A stretch of DNA of 50,175 nucleotides from a virus. Lineage: Duplodnaviria; Caudoviricetes. The DNA lies in the IMG/VR virus record IMGVR_UViG_3300032753_000045, positions 1 to 50,175 of that record, one strand, 5' to 3'. A program made the position numbers and the translations under genes. The notes under the pieces are model-generated. The model saw nothing but the letters and a program-made list of their open reading frames with translations. It ran no database searches and had not been told where the DNA came from. Positions 35,237 to 44,960 of the stretch are shown one piece after another (within the stretch, counting starts at the first letter, position 1; each line of letters begins with the position of its first letter).

Positions 35237-36076
35237 TTATCGCTTAACATTTTCAGTATTAAACTTCACGACCCGATGAGTTGGGAGCTTGAAGTCACCT
35301 AACCATGCTTCCATATCACCACGGTATTCAGTGATGGTACGACCAGCTTGGTCTTTCTTGTGCAACGCGATCAATTGACCTTTTGCGATTGCGCCAGTTC
35401 CACGGGAAGCAGCAAGAGCGTCAGCATAAACACGTTTTTCAACGATTTGCAACATTGCTTCGTCAGCAATCTTGTTGATGTTTACGTTTTTCATTTCGTC
35501 GCTATGAGCTTGCAAACCACGGAGCATACGTTTGCGATAAGCCATTAAGCTTTCGCCTTGTAATGGACGTGATGCAGATTTACCAAAAGCTGAGTAAACA
35601 GAATCAGCTTTAGCTTGACAATCAGCGTATGCGGCTTCTTCGTCATCTTTCTTAGCTGCTTCTTCGTCGTCATCTTTACGGTCATCTTCTTCGTCGTCGT
35701 CTTTTTTGAACTCCATATGACCCGGATGTTCAATTTCGCCTTCGTCATCTGGCTTGATCTCGCCAGCTTTGCCGTGCTCTTTAGGATCAGATCCCTCTGC
35801 GTCCTTCTTAGCCTTACGCATCATGAATTTCTTAGCTTTAGCTTCAGACTCATCGTCATCTTTCTTAGCTTCTTCTTCTTCATCATCGTCACATGCTTCC
35901 ATGTCGTCATCTTTTTTCGCTTTAGCTTTTTTATCAGCCGCAGTTACTAGGGGTGGCGCAGGAAGGTTTTTTTCCATTTCATCTAAACGGGACATTGTTT
36001 TTCCCAATAAAGACATAATGGCATCTAATTTATCGCCTTGGGCATCTGCCTTTGGCTCAATCTTATTTTCAGTCAT
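35237..36076 (-). CDS. Capsid scaffold protein
   Basis: Acidic KKDD repeats; GAGG RBS before MTENK; PLQGES...YRKR. Confidence 0.75.
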   Translation of the reverse strand: MTENKIEPKADAQGDKLDAIMSLLGKTMSRLDEMEKNLPAPPLVTAADKKAKAKKDDDMEACDDDEEEEAKKDDDESEAKAKKFMMRKAKKDAEGSDPKEHGKAGEIKPDDEGEIEHPGHMEFKKDDDEEDDRKDDDEEAAKKDDEEAAYADCQAKADSVYSAFGKSASRPLQGESLMAYRKRMLRGLQAHSDEMKNVNINKIADEAMLQIVEKRVYADALAASRGTGAIAKGQLIALHKKDQAGRTITEYRGDMEAWLGDFKLPTHRVVKFNTENVKR

Positions 36077-37886
36077 TTTCAGACACCTCATTGTTAGTTA
36101 ATAAAACTCCAGCGGCGTCGCCGCCTTTGTCCCATACTCCCTTTGAACCCCTAGCTTTCGTAACGATTGCTATGTGATCCAGCAGGAATGGCACACCCTC
36201 AATCAAGAGTGGCTCGCCATTCTCGGTTGTAAGTGTAATGTTACCAGCAGTTTGGTCAAAAACAACTGCTGGGGAAGTCGATACTTCGCCTTCCAAAATT
36301 TCGGAAATCGCATCTTGGTCATAGATCTTTGCAATACCCCAGACTTCATCGCCTTTAATGTAAGGTAGCAAAACAGAACCAACTGCACGATTTTTAAACT
36401 CTTCGGTTGTTAATACTTGAGTTTCAGGATGATCCATGATTACCATCAAGCCGTTACAACGCTGTAAAAACTCATCGTTTAAATACAAAGATGGATCACG
36501 CCAAACATGTTCGCCAATGCTTGAACGGAACGCTAAACCAGTACCTGTGATGCGAATTGCTAGCAAAGCAATGTTGGCGTACATCTGTGGGCTAGCTAAT
36601 AAACCTTCAGCGATTAATTTGGCTACATCAGTTTCAGTCTTAGCCATAGCAATTTTGAACGCATTTTCTAAGCCCGGATGTAGTGGCATTGGCGGCACTG
36701 TTGGGCTACACCAATCAGAACCAGAAGATTCGTAATTTAGTTTTACTTCTTCTTTCGAGAAATTGTGAGCAACGTAATAGCAGAATTGTCCGTCATCATA
36801 AAGAACTTCTAGCTTGCCTTTGTAGTCAATGCCAGTTTCTTCTAAACATTCACGGCGAGCGCATTCTTCAATGGTTTCATTACCTTTTTGGTGTCCGCCG
36901 GGAATACACCAAGTTCCGGGATAATCACCTCCGCCCATACCTCTACGAATCATTAAAACTTCTTCGTTCGGGGTAATAAACATAATGCCAGCAGCTCTAC
37001 CTTGAGCGCCGCCCATGTTATCTTCAGGTTTTACTTCTTTTGGTGGCTCTGGAACTAATTTAGCATTTTGTTCAATTGCTTCGTTTTCGGCATCTGGTAC
37101 GCAATTTGGTACGCTTTTCCCGTCTTTTTCTTTCATGCCATATTGAGTGTAACCTTCCCAACATGGGTCACTATCAGGGATAGCTTGAGCGTACTCAATC
37201 AAAGCGTCGCACATTTCTTCTAAATGGCTTTGTGCCTCATCAGCATCGCATTTCCACTTTTTTAAAGATTTATTAATCCGTGAATTAGGATCGTGTGCGG
37301 TCTTTTCGGACGTTAATTTGGCTTTCATGCCTTTCATGCGAGCGCAGAAAGACTCTTTACGAGAACCACCTTCAGGTTGCGGGGCTTTTAAATGGGCGCC
37401 ATGTTCCTTGTTATAGGACTCACGACCTTTTTCATTTAAACCGCCATTTTTGTTTTTACCCTCTTTAGTTTGCCAAGCCTCAGAATCTTCAACACCAAAG
37501 CGAGGTACTACTTCTTCGTCGCAATCGTCATCTTTTTTCATGTCTTTAACATGTTGAGCGACTTGATACAGCTTTTCGCCAATGTCTTTGATCTGTAATT
37601 TGCGTAATTCGTGGCTTAATTCGCCTTTGCGAACCACAATATTGCTGTCAGTTTCAAACTCTGTAGGCGCCAAAAGGACGGGCGCAGATATCAAAGAATC
37701 CTCTTTTAATGCTTTTACTTTCATTTCTTTTAATAGAAGTTCATTGAGCCATTCGAGGTTTTCTTCCTCGCTGTCATCTTTGTGTTTTACGAATTTTTCA
37801 CCTACTGATTTTGGAATACCAATATTAGACTTGCCCGCAGCAGCGGCGTACATTGCTTTTCGTTGGTTTTCCGACTGAAATGGCAT
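36069..37886 (-). CDS. Multidomain head maturation protein: small cargo domains + Nudix hydrolase + DUF2213-type protease domain
   Basis: Nudix box GGHQKGNETIEECARRECLEETGI; C-terminal IRITGTG..R...DHP...STSPAV...LLDHIAI...GVWDK. Confidence 0.8.
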   Translation of the reverse strand: MPFQSENQRKAMYAAAAGKSNIGIPKSVGEKFVKHKDDSEEENLEWLNELLLKEMKVKALKEDSLISAPVLLAPTEFETDSNIVVRKGELSHELRKLQIKDIGEKLYQVAQHVKDMKKDDDCDEEVVPRFGVEDSEAWQTKEGKNKNGGLNEKGRESYNKEHGAHLKAPQPEGGSRKESFCARMKGMKAKLTSEKTAHDPNSRINKSLKKWKCDADEAQSHLEEMCDALIEYAQAIPDSDPCWEGYTQYGMKEKDGKSVPNCVPDAENEAIEQNAKLVPEPPKEVKPEDNMGGAQGRAAGIMFITPNEEVLMIRRGMGGGDYPGTWCIPGGHQKGNETIEECARRECLEETGIDYKGKLEVLYDDGQFCYYVAHNFSKEEVKLNYESSGSDWCSPTVPPMPLHPGLENAFKIAMAKTETDVAKLIAEGLLASPQMYANIALLAIRITGTGLAFRSSIGEHVWRDPSLYLNDEFLQRCNGLMVIMDHPETQVLTTEEFKNRAVGSVLLPYIKGDEVWGIAKIYDQDAISEILEGEVSTSPAVVFDQTAGNITLTTENGEPLLIEGVPFLLDHIAIVTKARGSKGVWDKGGDAAGVLLTNNEVSEND

Positions 37887-37897
37887 AGGTTAAAACC

Positions 37898-38698
37898 CTA
37901 ATAAATTTTCTTGGATTGTAACGCTTCTTTACCTTTTTGGGTAATCATTTCGTCGGGCAGTTGACTCACCCGGTATAAATACTTATACCTACACCGACAA
38001 TATACCTCTTCGCCGGGAGCGACTACATCCGTAGTATAGCCATTTTTTGGTTTGACGTAACCATTTTTTTGCGCCCAGCTATTGCGTATCAAAAATATTT
38101 TGTCATCCAATTCACGGTGATCTTCGCGATAATCGTAGTTCGCTTGACGCCAATTGCTATGCCATTGTGCAGCAATCGCGCCCGCATCGAGCGCTACGAT
38201 TTCATTGATATTGGCTACTAGTTTGTGCGTTTGGTCAATAATGACGCGGCGCTCTTTAAACGGCAGCATGCCGAGCTCTTTTTTAATGTGTTTTTTCTCT
38301 TCTTGACGATTGATCGTCTTACTTCCGCCGGGCGGAATCGATGTAGCCCATCCGGAAAAGCGACGCAGCGTGTTGCTAATCGATTCTTCACGGTTATATT
38401 TGATTAAGTTGGCACTCGCAACGATGCGGCGATCCAATTCAGCGCGCAATCTAGGGGTCAGTTTATCCACAGTAAAGCGGCTAACATCCTTGTTTACAAG
38501 CCCACCTTTGGTCACTAAGCGGTCAAAAGCACCTTTTAAAGAGCGCTCTAATTCTTTTTGCAGCTTTTCAGGCGTAATTAATGATTTTACAGCCGCAGTT
38601 TTAAGCTCTTCCATCCAATATTTAAGTCTAGCTTCGTTCTCAAAGCCATATGTGATGTAGTAATTGACCGCTTGCGTAAGGACTTCGTAGAAAGTCAT
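37898..38698 (-). CDS. Head morphogenesis (Mu gpF / SPP1 gp7-like) protein
   Basis: DQTHKL, W.S..R...R.DH, PGEEVYCRC. Confidence 0.85.
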   Translation of the reverse strand: MTFYEVLTQAVNYYITYGFENEARLKYWMEELKTAAVKSLITPEKLQKELERSLKGAFDRLVTKGGLVNKDVSRFTVDKLTPRLRAELDRRIVASANLIKYNREESISNTLRRFSGWATSIPPGGSKTINRQEEKKHIKKELGMLPFKERRVIIDQTHKLVANINEIVALDAGAIAAQWHSNWRQANYDYREDHRELDDKIFLIRNSWAQKNGYVKPKNGYTTDVVAPGEEVYCRCRYKYLYRVSQLPDEMITQKGKEALQSKKIY

Positions 38699-38708
38699 TG
38701 CTTTGTCT

Positions 38709-40115
38709 TTAAGCTAATTTAGGTAAATTAGTCTGTTCTGGGATTGGAATTTCGTATTCCGCAATATCATCCATATCCAATTGCATATTCGATTTAAACA
38801 TTTCTGGCATTTCAGACAGATTGTCTTGCGCCCATTGAATTAAGTTAGCTCTGTTTTGTGGGTCAATTACAGGTAAAAGAGTACGAAGTACTTCAGTCAT
38901 ACCTTTAAGCTTAACTTCGTCTGTTTTAACTAATTCGCTTGGAGTTTCCTCGATCATAGAGTCCCAACTTGGAGTAAACGCATCTTTCCATTCGTAGAAC
39001 GCTTGTTCATACGTTTTTCCTGCGTACATTTCGGGATATTTATTTTGAATTGCTTCAAAAAATTGTTTGTTCCATGCGCGGTGCATTACGATTTTGTCAA
39101 AAAATTCAAACAAAGTTCGCATATCGTTGCGTAACCCTGTGACATACTGAGCAATTGCAATTGCGTCTTGACTGCCTTCTGCAAAGCTGTTGGCTAGAGC
39201 TTCATCTTTTAAGAGAATGGCTGGCACGTCGGTTGCGGCTGCAATGTTGGCGATAATGTTATCACGCGCAGTAGTCATCGCGGTGTCGGTATTGTTCAAG
39301 TCGATAGACTCAATGTCCTCATCAATATCAATTGATAAGACGTTACCGGTGGTACCTTGTTGCAAGTAGCTACGCTTAATACCAGCGGCTGTTTGCATCA
39401 AACGATTTACGATAGAGCCTGATTGTTTTTGCTTAATAACCAGCAGACCCGCCTTGAAAGTGACCAAATCGTCAGTAACCATAGACTGAACGAATGATTT
39501 CAAAGGATACAGGGCGCGCTGAAATACTGAACGACCTGTAAAACCAAAACCGGATGGCTGGAAGCTTAAATAAATCGGCGTATTGTTAAACACGATACAG
39601 CTACGACTTGGATGATAAGGTTGACCCGCAGCCGTAATGTACGATAACGGCTTTTGAAAGTCTGGCGCGTTGGGGTTTTGGTTGGTGACGGTTGAGCCAG
39701 CAAGGTTTAACGGGTCAAGTTTATTAAAGTACAAATTCAAATCGGGCAACTTCCAAGGATCAATCTCTTGGTCAGTTGGAATACCTTCGGCGCCATAAAC
39801 AATTGCGGCTACACCATATACACGTTTAAGAAAGGTTACGTCACGGATAAGATTAGTCGCATCTAAATTATTCCACTCTTCATGAAACGCTTTAATTAAC
39901 ATTTCTTTTGGGTGTACATCCATCGCAATTAAACGTGGTTTTGATAAAGCTAATACGATGGGTTTTTCAATAATCTTAGCAGCTAGCGGGTGGTACTCAA
40001 AAATGGCTTTACAAGTCTGATAACCTGCGGGACTGCCCGGTTCAATAGAATCCGTCTGAAGAAACTCCATCAAGGGAGAAGGTAGGGATGTATTGGAGAT
40101 GCTTATATCAGACAT
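38709..40115 (-). CDS. Portal protein (DUF1073 type)
   Basis: 468 aa directly after terL; HPSR, GRSVFQ, IAAA.DVPA..L. Confidence 0.85.
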   Translation of the reverse strand: MSDISISNTSLPSPLMEFLQTDSIEPGSPAGYQTCKAIFEYHPLAAKIIEKPIVLALSKPRLIAMDVHPKEMLIKAFHEEWNNLDATNLIRDVTFLKRVYGVAAIVYGAEGIPTDQEIDPWKLPDLNLYFNKLDPLNLAGSTVTNQNPNAPDFQKPLSYITAAGQPYHPSRSCIVFNNTPIYLSFQPSGFGFTGRSVFQRALYPLKSFVQSMVTDDLVTFKAGLLVIKQKQSGSIVNRLMQTAAGIKRSYLQQGTTGNVLSIDIDEDIESIDLNNTDTAMTTARDNIIANIAAATDVPAILLKDEALANSFAEGSQDAIAIAQYVTGLRNDMRTLFEFFDKIVMHRAWNKQFFEAIQNKYPEMYAGKTYEQAFYEWKDAFTPSWDSMIEETPSELVKTDEVKLKGMTEVLRTLLPVIDPQNRANLIQWAQDNLSEMPEMFKSNMQLDMDDIAEYEIPIPEQTNLPKLA

Positions 40116-40150
40116 AGATTATTCCCAAAAATATATTGCCCATCATACCA

Positions 40151-41437
40151 CTAGAATCCGAGTTTGTTACCTAATCCGAGCGCAATTCCATAGACGGTTG
40201 CGTCTAACAGATCGTCACTTCTCTTGTGGGCGTCTGGATCCCCTAGTCTAAAGGAAGCCAATTGTGTCAGCAAGTGATTTCGCGTAGCGCCTTTAAACGC
40301 CACTGTTTTGTTGTACGCATACTCGCTAATCTTGAGCTTTTCTTGATGGTAGTAACCTGACACACTGACGGCGCGTTCATCTTTGCCTGCTTGCACCAAC
40401 TTACTGTCGATCGGGCGCATCGCCCAACCGCGGTTGGCAGCTTGTTGCAGAAGGATCGAACCTGTCGCGGTGTCCTCGGCAAACACGCCCGCGCTACCAT
40501 ACCTTGCCCCACAGCCCCTAGCTAACTCTTCTAGCCTTGAGAACACACTGGGAATCCAATGCTCGAGCAGTCCGCCATCAATCTGAACGACATCCCAGTC
40601 TAAGATGGTCAGCGGTACGCCAAACTCGTTGAGCGCAAAGAACACCACAGCCGTTCCGTCATGCTGCTTACCACCTTTGACCGCAGTATCGAGTACGGCG
40701 TACACCGCGTCGCAGTTGGTTGGGTATTGTACGGGTAAACCCTCAACCAATAGCTTGTCGGCTCCGAACAGCGCAATGTTCGACCAGTCGACGAATTCCG
40801 CCAAGAACTCTTGTTGGAACACCATCGGGTGGTTGCGCTCGCGTTCGCGCTCCAATTCATCAAGCGGAACATAAGGGTTTGTACTAGTAGGCGCATGGAA
40901 AGAGCTAAACCCTAAGTCGGGTTCTTGACAAGCTGCATAAAAGAAGTTGTCTGGATCTAGCCCGTTCGGAGTAGAGAATACCCACGATACTCCGCGAGTG
41001 GTCAACATGGTTGGCTTGATCGACTTGAACCAAATCTCATCTTTCATCTGCGGTGACTTGGTAAACCCGGCTTCGTCAATCAGCACCAAGTTGTACTCGC
41101 GCCCGCGACCTGCTAGCTCATTGTCGTTCAGTGTCCAGAAGTCAATCTTGCCGCCAGTGAGTAACTTGATGGTACCGTCGTTGCGGTTGGCACTTTTAAT
41201 GATGGGGTCTAACATGTCGCGCAGGTGATCCCACGGCTCGGCAAGTTGTTTGTGTTCGGGCGCGAAGATGCCAACGGATTGCCCATTGCCCGCGCCCCTA
41301 GCTGCAAGCCATTCCAGAAAGCGTGTTTTTCCCCAGCGTCGTCCACAACGCACTGCGTTTAAGCGTTGTTGCTGTAAAAACAGGGCGTGTTGCCCTGAAT
41401 GTAATACTGGAAGTTTGACCCTACGGGTATCAGCCAT
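40151..41437 (-). CDS. terL: Terminase large subunit
   Basis: RCGRRWGKT Walker A, LIDEAG Walker B, FSTP, QEFLAEF, DDLLDA. Confidence 0.95.
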   Translation of the reverse strand: MADTRRVKLPVLHSGQHALFLQQQRLNAVRCGRRWGKTRFLEWLAARGAGNGQSVGIFAPEHKQLAEPWDHLRDMLDPIIKSANRNDGTIKLLTGGKIDFWTLNDNELAGRGREYNLVLIDEAGFTKSPQMKDEIWFKSIKPTMLTTRGVSWVFSTPNGLDPDNFFYAACQEPDLGFSSFHAPTSTNPYVPLDELERERERNHPMVFQQEFLAEFVDWSNIALFGADKLLVEGLPVQYPTNCDAVYAVLDTAVKGGKQHDGTAVVFFALNEFGVPLTILDWDVVQIDGGLLEHWIPSVFSRLEELARGCGARYGSAGVFAEDTATGSILLQQAANRGWAMRPIDSKLVQAGKDERAVSVSGYYHQEKLKISEYAYNKTVAFKGATRNHLLTQLASFRLGDPDAHKRSDDLLDATVYGIALGLGNKLGF

Positions 41438-41850
41438 TAGCTAATAGCTTTCTGCTCGGGGGTGGGGTCTGGCAGCGTATTCTCAATGACGATGCGTAAT
41501 TCATTGGAGCTATCAGCTTCTGGCTTGGCAGGTTTCCAGCCATGTAAGTGCGTGAGCACTGTCGTTGCAGCTTTGGTGTCGCCATTGAGAGCGTTTCTCA
41601 TTAAGGAACCGCTTACATCTGCGTGATTTTTAGCGCGACCATAAATAACCGCTTCGGCAGCTTTTGGGTCAAATTGGCAAAGACGATTGAAGTCTACGGG
41701 CAAAAAGCCAGCAGCTATAGCTAGTGCGTCACCGGCAAGACCGCGATAGGCAGCATCATAGATGTTGGCAATCTCTTCTTCGGTAGCTTCGATTTTATCG
41801 GTCTTATGGTCAATTGAATAAAATAGGGGATCTGGTGTAAAACGCTCCAT
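41437..41850 (-). CDS. terS: Terminase small subunit
   Basis: Immediately upstream of terL; HTH-like N-terminus; A..GD.KA...L...HGW. Confidence 0.8.
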   Translation of the reverse strand: MERFTPDPLFYSIDHKTDKIEATEEEIANIYDAAYRGLAGDALAIAAGFLPVDFNRLCQFDPKAAEAVIYGRAKNHADVSGSLMRNALNGDTKAATTVLTHLHGWKPAKPEADSSNELRIVIENTLPDPTPEQKAIS

Positions 41851-42183
41851 GATTACCTCCTAAGATTGACGATAGCCCGATATTAGCATAAACCCTTAAA
41901 TATGCAAGTTATTAGGGTTTACCCTATAGTTGTGGGCTATGGGTTAATAGTTAGTGACTACTAACTTAGTTTTAAAAATTACAAAAATTTTTTCGGCTTT
42001 TGCAAAGCACTTTTTTGCGTAGTTACCAGAATAAAAAACCCCGTCATCGTACCCACCTATTTTAATGACCCCCTTTTTCGATTTTATATGGCAAAAAAGC
42101 GGCGGCATATAGAATAAGGCTTAGCGGGCGATATAGCCACGCAAGCCCCTAGCTACAAGCCTCTAGCCCCTAGCTAATAGCTT

Positions 42184-42211
42184 ATTGCGTATAAGGTAGA
42201 TTATGTCAAAC
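42184..42211 (+). other. dif-like XerC/XerD recombination site
   Basis: ATTGCGTATAA-GGTAGA-TTATGTCAAAC, compared with E. coli dif GGTGCGCATAA-TGTATA-TTATGTTAAAT; 11-6-11 layout. Confidence 0.75.
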
Positions 42212-42215
42212 AATA

Positions 42216-42747
42216 ATAGGTCAAATTGTCATTGTGTAGCTGATAGCTCAAAGCTAAAAGCTAGGGGCTAACGGCTTGAAATTTAAAACCGGAGCGGGGC
42301 GCGATCAAAATTGACCTAAATTAAAAAGCCCCTAGCTATTAGCTATTAGCAAAAACCAATTAGCCCAAAACTGATAGCTCTTAGCTCTTATCCATTCGCA
42401 TATTGGCATGGTCAAAATGGCATAGGTCAAATAGGTTAATTGTCATTTGCAAAAATGTTAGCGCCAAAAAATAAATATAAATATCCTATTTTTTACAACT
42501 CGAATTCTAAAAAGTAAAAAAAATATGACAATTTGACCTATTTTCAGCTCAAAGCCGCTAGCTATAAGCCCGCCCTGTTAGGTCATCACCCCCAAAACCC
42601 ATGACCGAACCATGACCCAAAAAAATGACAATTCCCCGCCTTGTTGCAAAAAAGCAAAATAATTGTAAAAAAATTGTTTACACTTACAAAAACTTTGCTA
42701 TACTGAAATTGTAGTAACGCAATAAACACAATGACAATTTGACCTAT
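42216..42747. repeat. Iteron-like ATGACAATTTGACCTA repeats in both orientations around an AT-rich core; putative replication origin
   Basis: Perfect 22-bp inverted pair 42216-42237/42726-42747; third copy 42525-42541; partial copies 42308-42318, 42408-42446 and 42578-42633. Confidence 0.6.
42677..42704 (+). promoter_or_regulatory. Strong sigma70 early promoter
   Basis: A-rich UP element, TTTACA-16 bp-TATACT with TG extension. Confidence 0.7.
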
Positions 42748-42760
42748 AAGGGGCTAGAAA

Positions 42761-42982
42761 ATGAAGAGTTTTAAAGTTATAGAGTACGCAAAAAAGCCCG
42801 CGAATGGCGGCGGCTTTGTTATGAATTTTTTATTTGACAGTGGTTTTTATGGCTCGATCGATACCCGCTATGGTAATAATTTGACCTTGCGCGGCGTGAA
42901 TGGCGGCATTGTAAACAAGGGCAAAAACTATGCTAGCGCCCTGGCGGCTATCAATGAATTTTTAACTAGTGAAGGGGTTTAA
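42761..42982 (+). CDS. Early hypothetical protein
   Basis: First ORF after the promoter; AAGGGG RBS. Confidence 0.7.
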   Translation: MKSFKVIEYAKKPANGGGFVMNFLFDSGFYGSIDTRYGNNLTLRGVNGGIVNKGKNYASALAAINEFLTSEGV

Positions 42983-42984
42983 AA

Positions 42985-43101
42985 ATGGAAAACACTAAAA
43001 ACGATGTCAGCATATGGGAAATTTTGGGTGCTTGCGTGCTAGGTGCATGTATCGCCGTTATTTGTTTAACAGTCTATTTTTACGCGACGGGGGGTTTTTA
43101 A
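42985..43101 (+). CDS. 38-aa membrane peptide (MENTKNDVSIWEILGACVLGACIAV...)
   Basis: Manual translation; AAGGGG RBS. Confidence 0.6.
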   Translation: MENTKNDVSIWEILGACVLGACIAVICLTVYFYATGGF

Positions 43102-43103
43102 TC

Positions 43104-43250
43104 ATGGCTCAAAAACTAACATTTAACACGCATGGCTGGATTGTGATTTGTATAGAGCGCGGATCATGGCTCCAGCACTTGCGTTTTGACACCAAAAAAG
43201 CCGCGCAAGAGTTTTTAAAAGAAAACTCCGCCGCGTGGTTTTGCGGTTAA
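43104..43250 (+). CDS. Early hypothetical protein (MAQKLTFNTHGW...)
   Basis: 3' part of track ORF 43014-43250; GGGGG RBS. Confidence 0.6.
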   Translation: MAQKLTFNTHGWIVICIERGSWLQHLRFDTKKAAQEFLKENSAAWFCG

Positions 43251-43280
43251 ACATTCAATTAACTAGAGGAAAAATTGAAA

Positions 43281-43892
43281 ATGAAAACATACGATAGAGA
43301 ATTTTTTATTCCTGAAAGCTATAAGCTATTAGCCGAAAGCCACGCGCTAGGGTTTGCAGCTTATGGCGCTAATGAGCCGCGCCCCGTCGCGTTGATTTTT
43401 AGTGGCAAATCTAACAAGCCCCGCGCCCATTATAGATTTGCAACAATCGAAAAACGCGACGCCTACATTAGCGAAGAATTGAGCAAGCTAGAAAAAGCCG
43501 CCGCCGATAAGCTAGAGCGCCGCGAGAAAATCAAGCAATTAAGCGCCGCGCATGATGTAAAAGCGGGGGACGTTTTCCGGTGCTCATGGGGTTACGATCA
43601 AACTAATATAGATTTTTATCAGGTTTTGAGCGTATCTGGTCAAATGGCAAAAATTAGTCAAATCCGCGATATATCAGAGGATAGCCGCGAATGTTTTATG
43701 CAAGGCGAGAGTGTACCAATGGCGGGCGCCTTCATTGGCAAAGTATTAAGCAAAAAAATCCAGCGATATAGTGAAGATTCAGAGCCCTATTTTAGGATCA
43801 ATTCATTTTCAAGCGCGCGCCGTTTTAAACCCGTCGCGGTAATTGAAGGCAAGGCAATCTATAAGCCTAGCGAATGGACGGCATACGCCTAA
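43281..43892 (+). CDS. Conserved early protein of the SWGYDQTN family
   Basis: F.GK..KP..HYRF...E.RD; GDVF..SWGYDQTNIDFYQV. Confidence 0.8.
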   Translation: MKTYDREFFIPESYKLLAESHALGFAAYGANEPRPVALIFSGKSNKPRAHYRFATIEKRDAYISEELSKLEKAAADKLERREKIKQLSAAHDVKAGDVFRCSWGYDQTNIDFYQVLSVSGQMAKISQIRDISEDSRECFMQGESVPMAGAFIGKVLSKKIQRYSEDSEPYFRINSFSSARRFKPVAVIEGKAIYKPSEWTAYA

Positions 43893-43920
43893 TTTTTAAT
43901 TAACTAGAGGATATAAAACT

Positions 43921-44208
43921 ATGATACAAACCGACGATTTTACCCGCGTAAACAATGACTCAAACGGCAATCCGCGTTACGTTTGCCATTTTTTAGCGTT
44001 TACCACAAGCGACGATCTAGCCGATTATTCAGGGCTAGATAGAATTAGCAAAAAATATGAGCTAGCATTAAAACGCGCTAAACCATTGGGCGGGCGCCGT
44101 TTTCATAATAAACAATATGGCGGCGGGATTGTTTTCGGCTCTATTTATAACTTAGGGCAATTATGCGCCGATATCAATTCAATAAGGGGGGTTTTGGAAA
44201 ATGCCTAA
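43921..44208 (+). CDS. Conserved early protein (NDxNGNPRYV family)
   Basis: FTRVNNDSNGNPRYVCHF...GGRRFHNKQYGGGIVF. Confidence 0.8.
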   Translation: MIQTDDFTRVNNDSNGNPRYVCHFLAFTTSDDLADYSGLDRISKKYELALKRAKPLGGRRFHNKQYGGGIVFGSIYNLGQLCADINSIRGVLENA

Positions 44209-44440
44209 ATTTAGAATTTATACGGACGAAAAAATAACAGTATGGCAGCGCGTCGGCTTAGTAATAGACGCCGAAAGCGAGCGCCAATTAACGGAAATAT
44301 TAAACGAGCCGCCATTATTCGAATTAGCTATGCGAGCCGGAAAAATTGAATATAACGGGGACGTCCAGCCCTATTGGGAATCAGAGGATCACGCCGAATG
44401 GGATCACGATAGCGCCGATGTAACTTTAATTGGGAGGTGA
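44201..44440 (+). CDS. Acidic early hypothetical protein
   Basis: ORF track; RBS; overlaps neighbours. Confidence 0.7.
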   Translation: MPKFRIYTDEKITVWQRVGLVIDAESERQLTEILNEPPLFELAMRAGKIEYNGDVQPYWESEDHAEWDHDSADVTLIGR

Positions 44441-44655
44441 AAATGATTAACTTAAAAAACGATATAGACACTAATAGATTTTCTATTAGCCTAGATTCAG
44501 AGGAATTTTTAGCAATCACGCGGGCGCTCTATTGGTATCAGGATAAATTAACAAATCAAGAAAGAGCACGGGGGCGCGATAACGCCGAATGGGACACTGT
44601 TATATTTTTAAGGCAGCAATTAAGCGAATTATTAAAACAAGAGGCAAAAATTTAA
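44437..44655 (+). CDS. Early hypothetical protein
   Basis: ORF track; GGAGG RBS. Confidence 0.7.
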   Translation: MKMINLKNDIDTNRFSISLDSEEFLAITRALYWYQDKLTNQERARGRDNAEWDTVIFLRQQLSELLKQEAKI

Positions 44656-44667
44656 AAGGGGTTAAAA

Positions 44668-44955
44668 ATGGAATTTTGGACAGATTCAAGCGGGCGGCTA
44701 GAGCTGCAATTAACACTGGAGCAAGCGCGGCGCGGCTATCATTCGGGCGCTTGTGATAATGACATTTTCGAATTGAGCCGCGATCCGGCTATTAGCCGCC
44801 AGCTATTAGCTTTTAGCCCTAAGCTAGTAGCCGACGCCTTGCAAGAGTATGGCGGCTGGAGCTATGCCGAATTATCAAACCATGCCGATAACCTAGAGCG
44901 CCTATTGTGGATCGCTTGCGGGGATATTGTGGATTTTACTTTTATAGAGGATTAA
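44668..44955 (+). CDS. Conserved acidic early protein
   Basis: HSGACD.D...L.EYG.W...EL..H..NL.RLLWIA.GDI pattern. Confidence 0.75.
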   Translation: MEFWTDSSGRLELQLTLEQARRGYHSGACDNDIFELSRDPAISRQLLAFSPKLVADALQEYGGWSYAELSNHADNLERLLWIACGDIVDFTFIED

Positions 44956-44960
44956 ACAAA

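Noticed and set aside
38709-40115. Portal as an anti-CBASS Acb1 protein
   Set aside because: DUF1073 portals are often labelled this way, but no extra 2H-phosphoesterase (HxT/S) domain is evident here.
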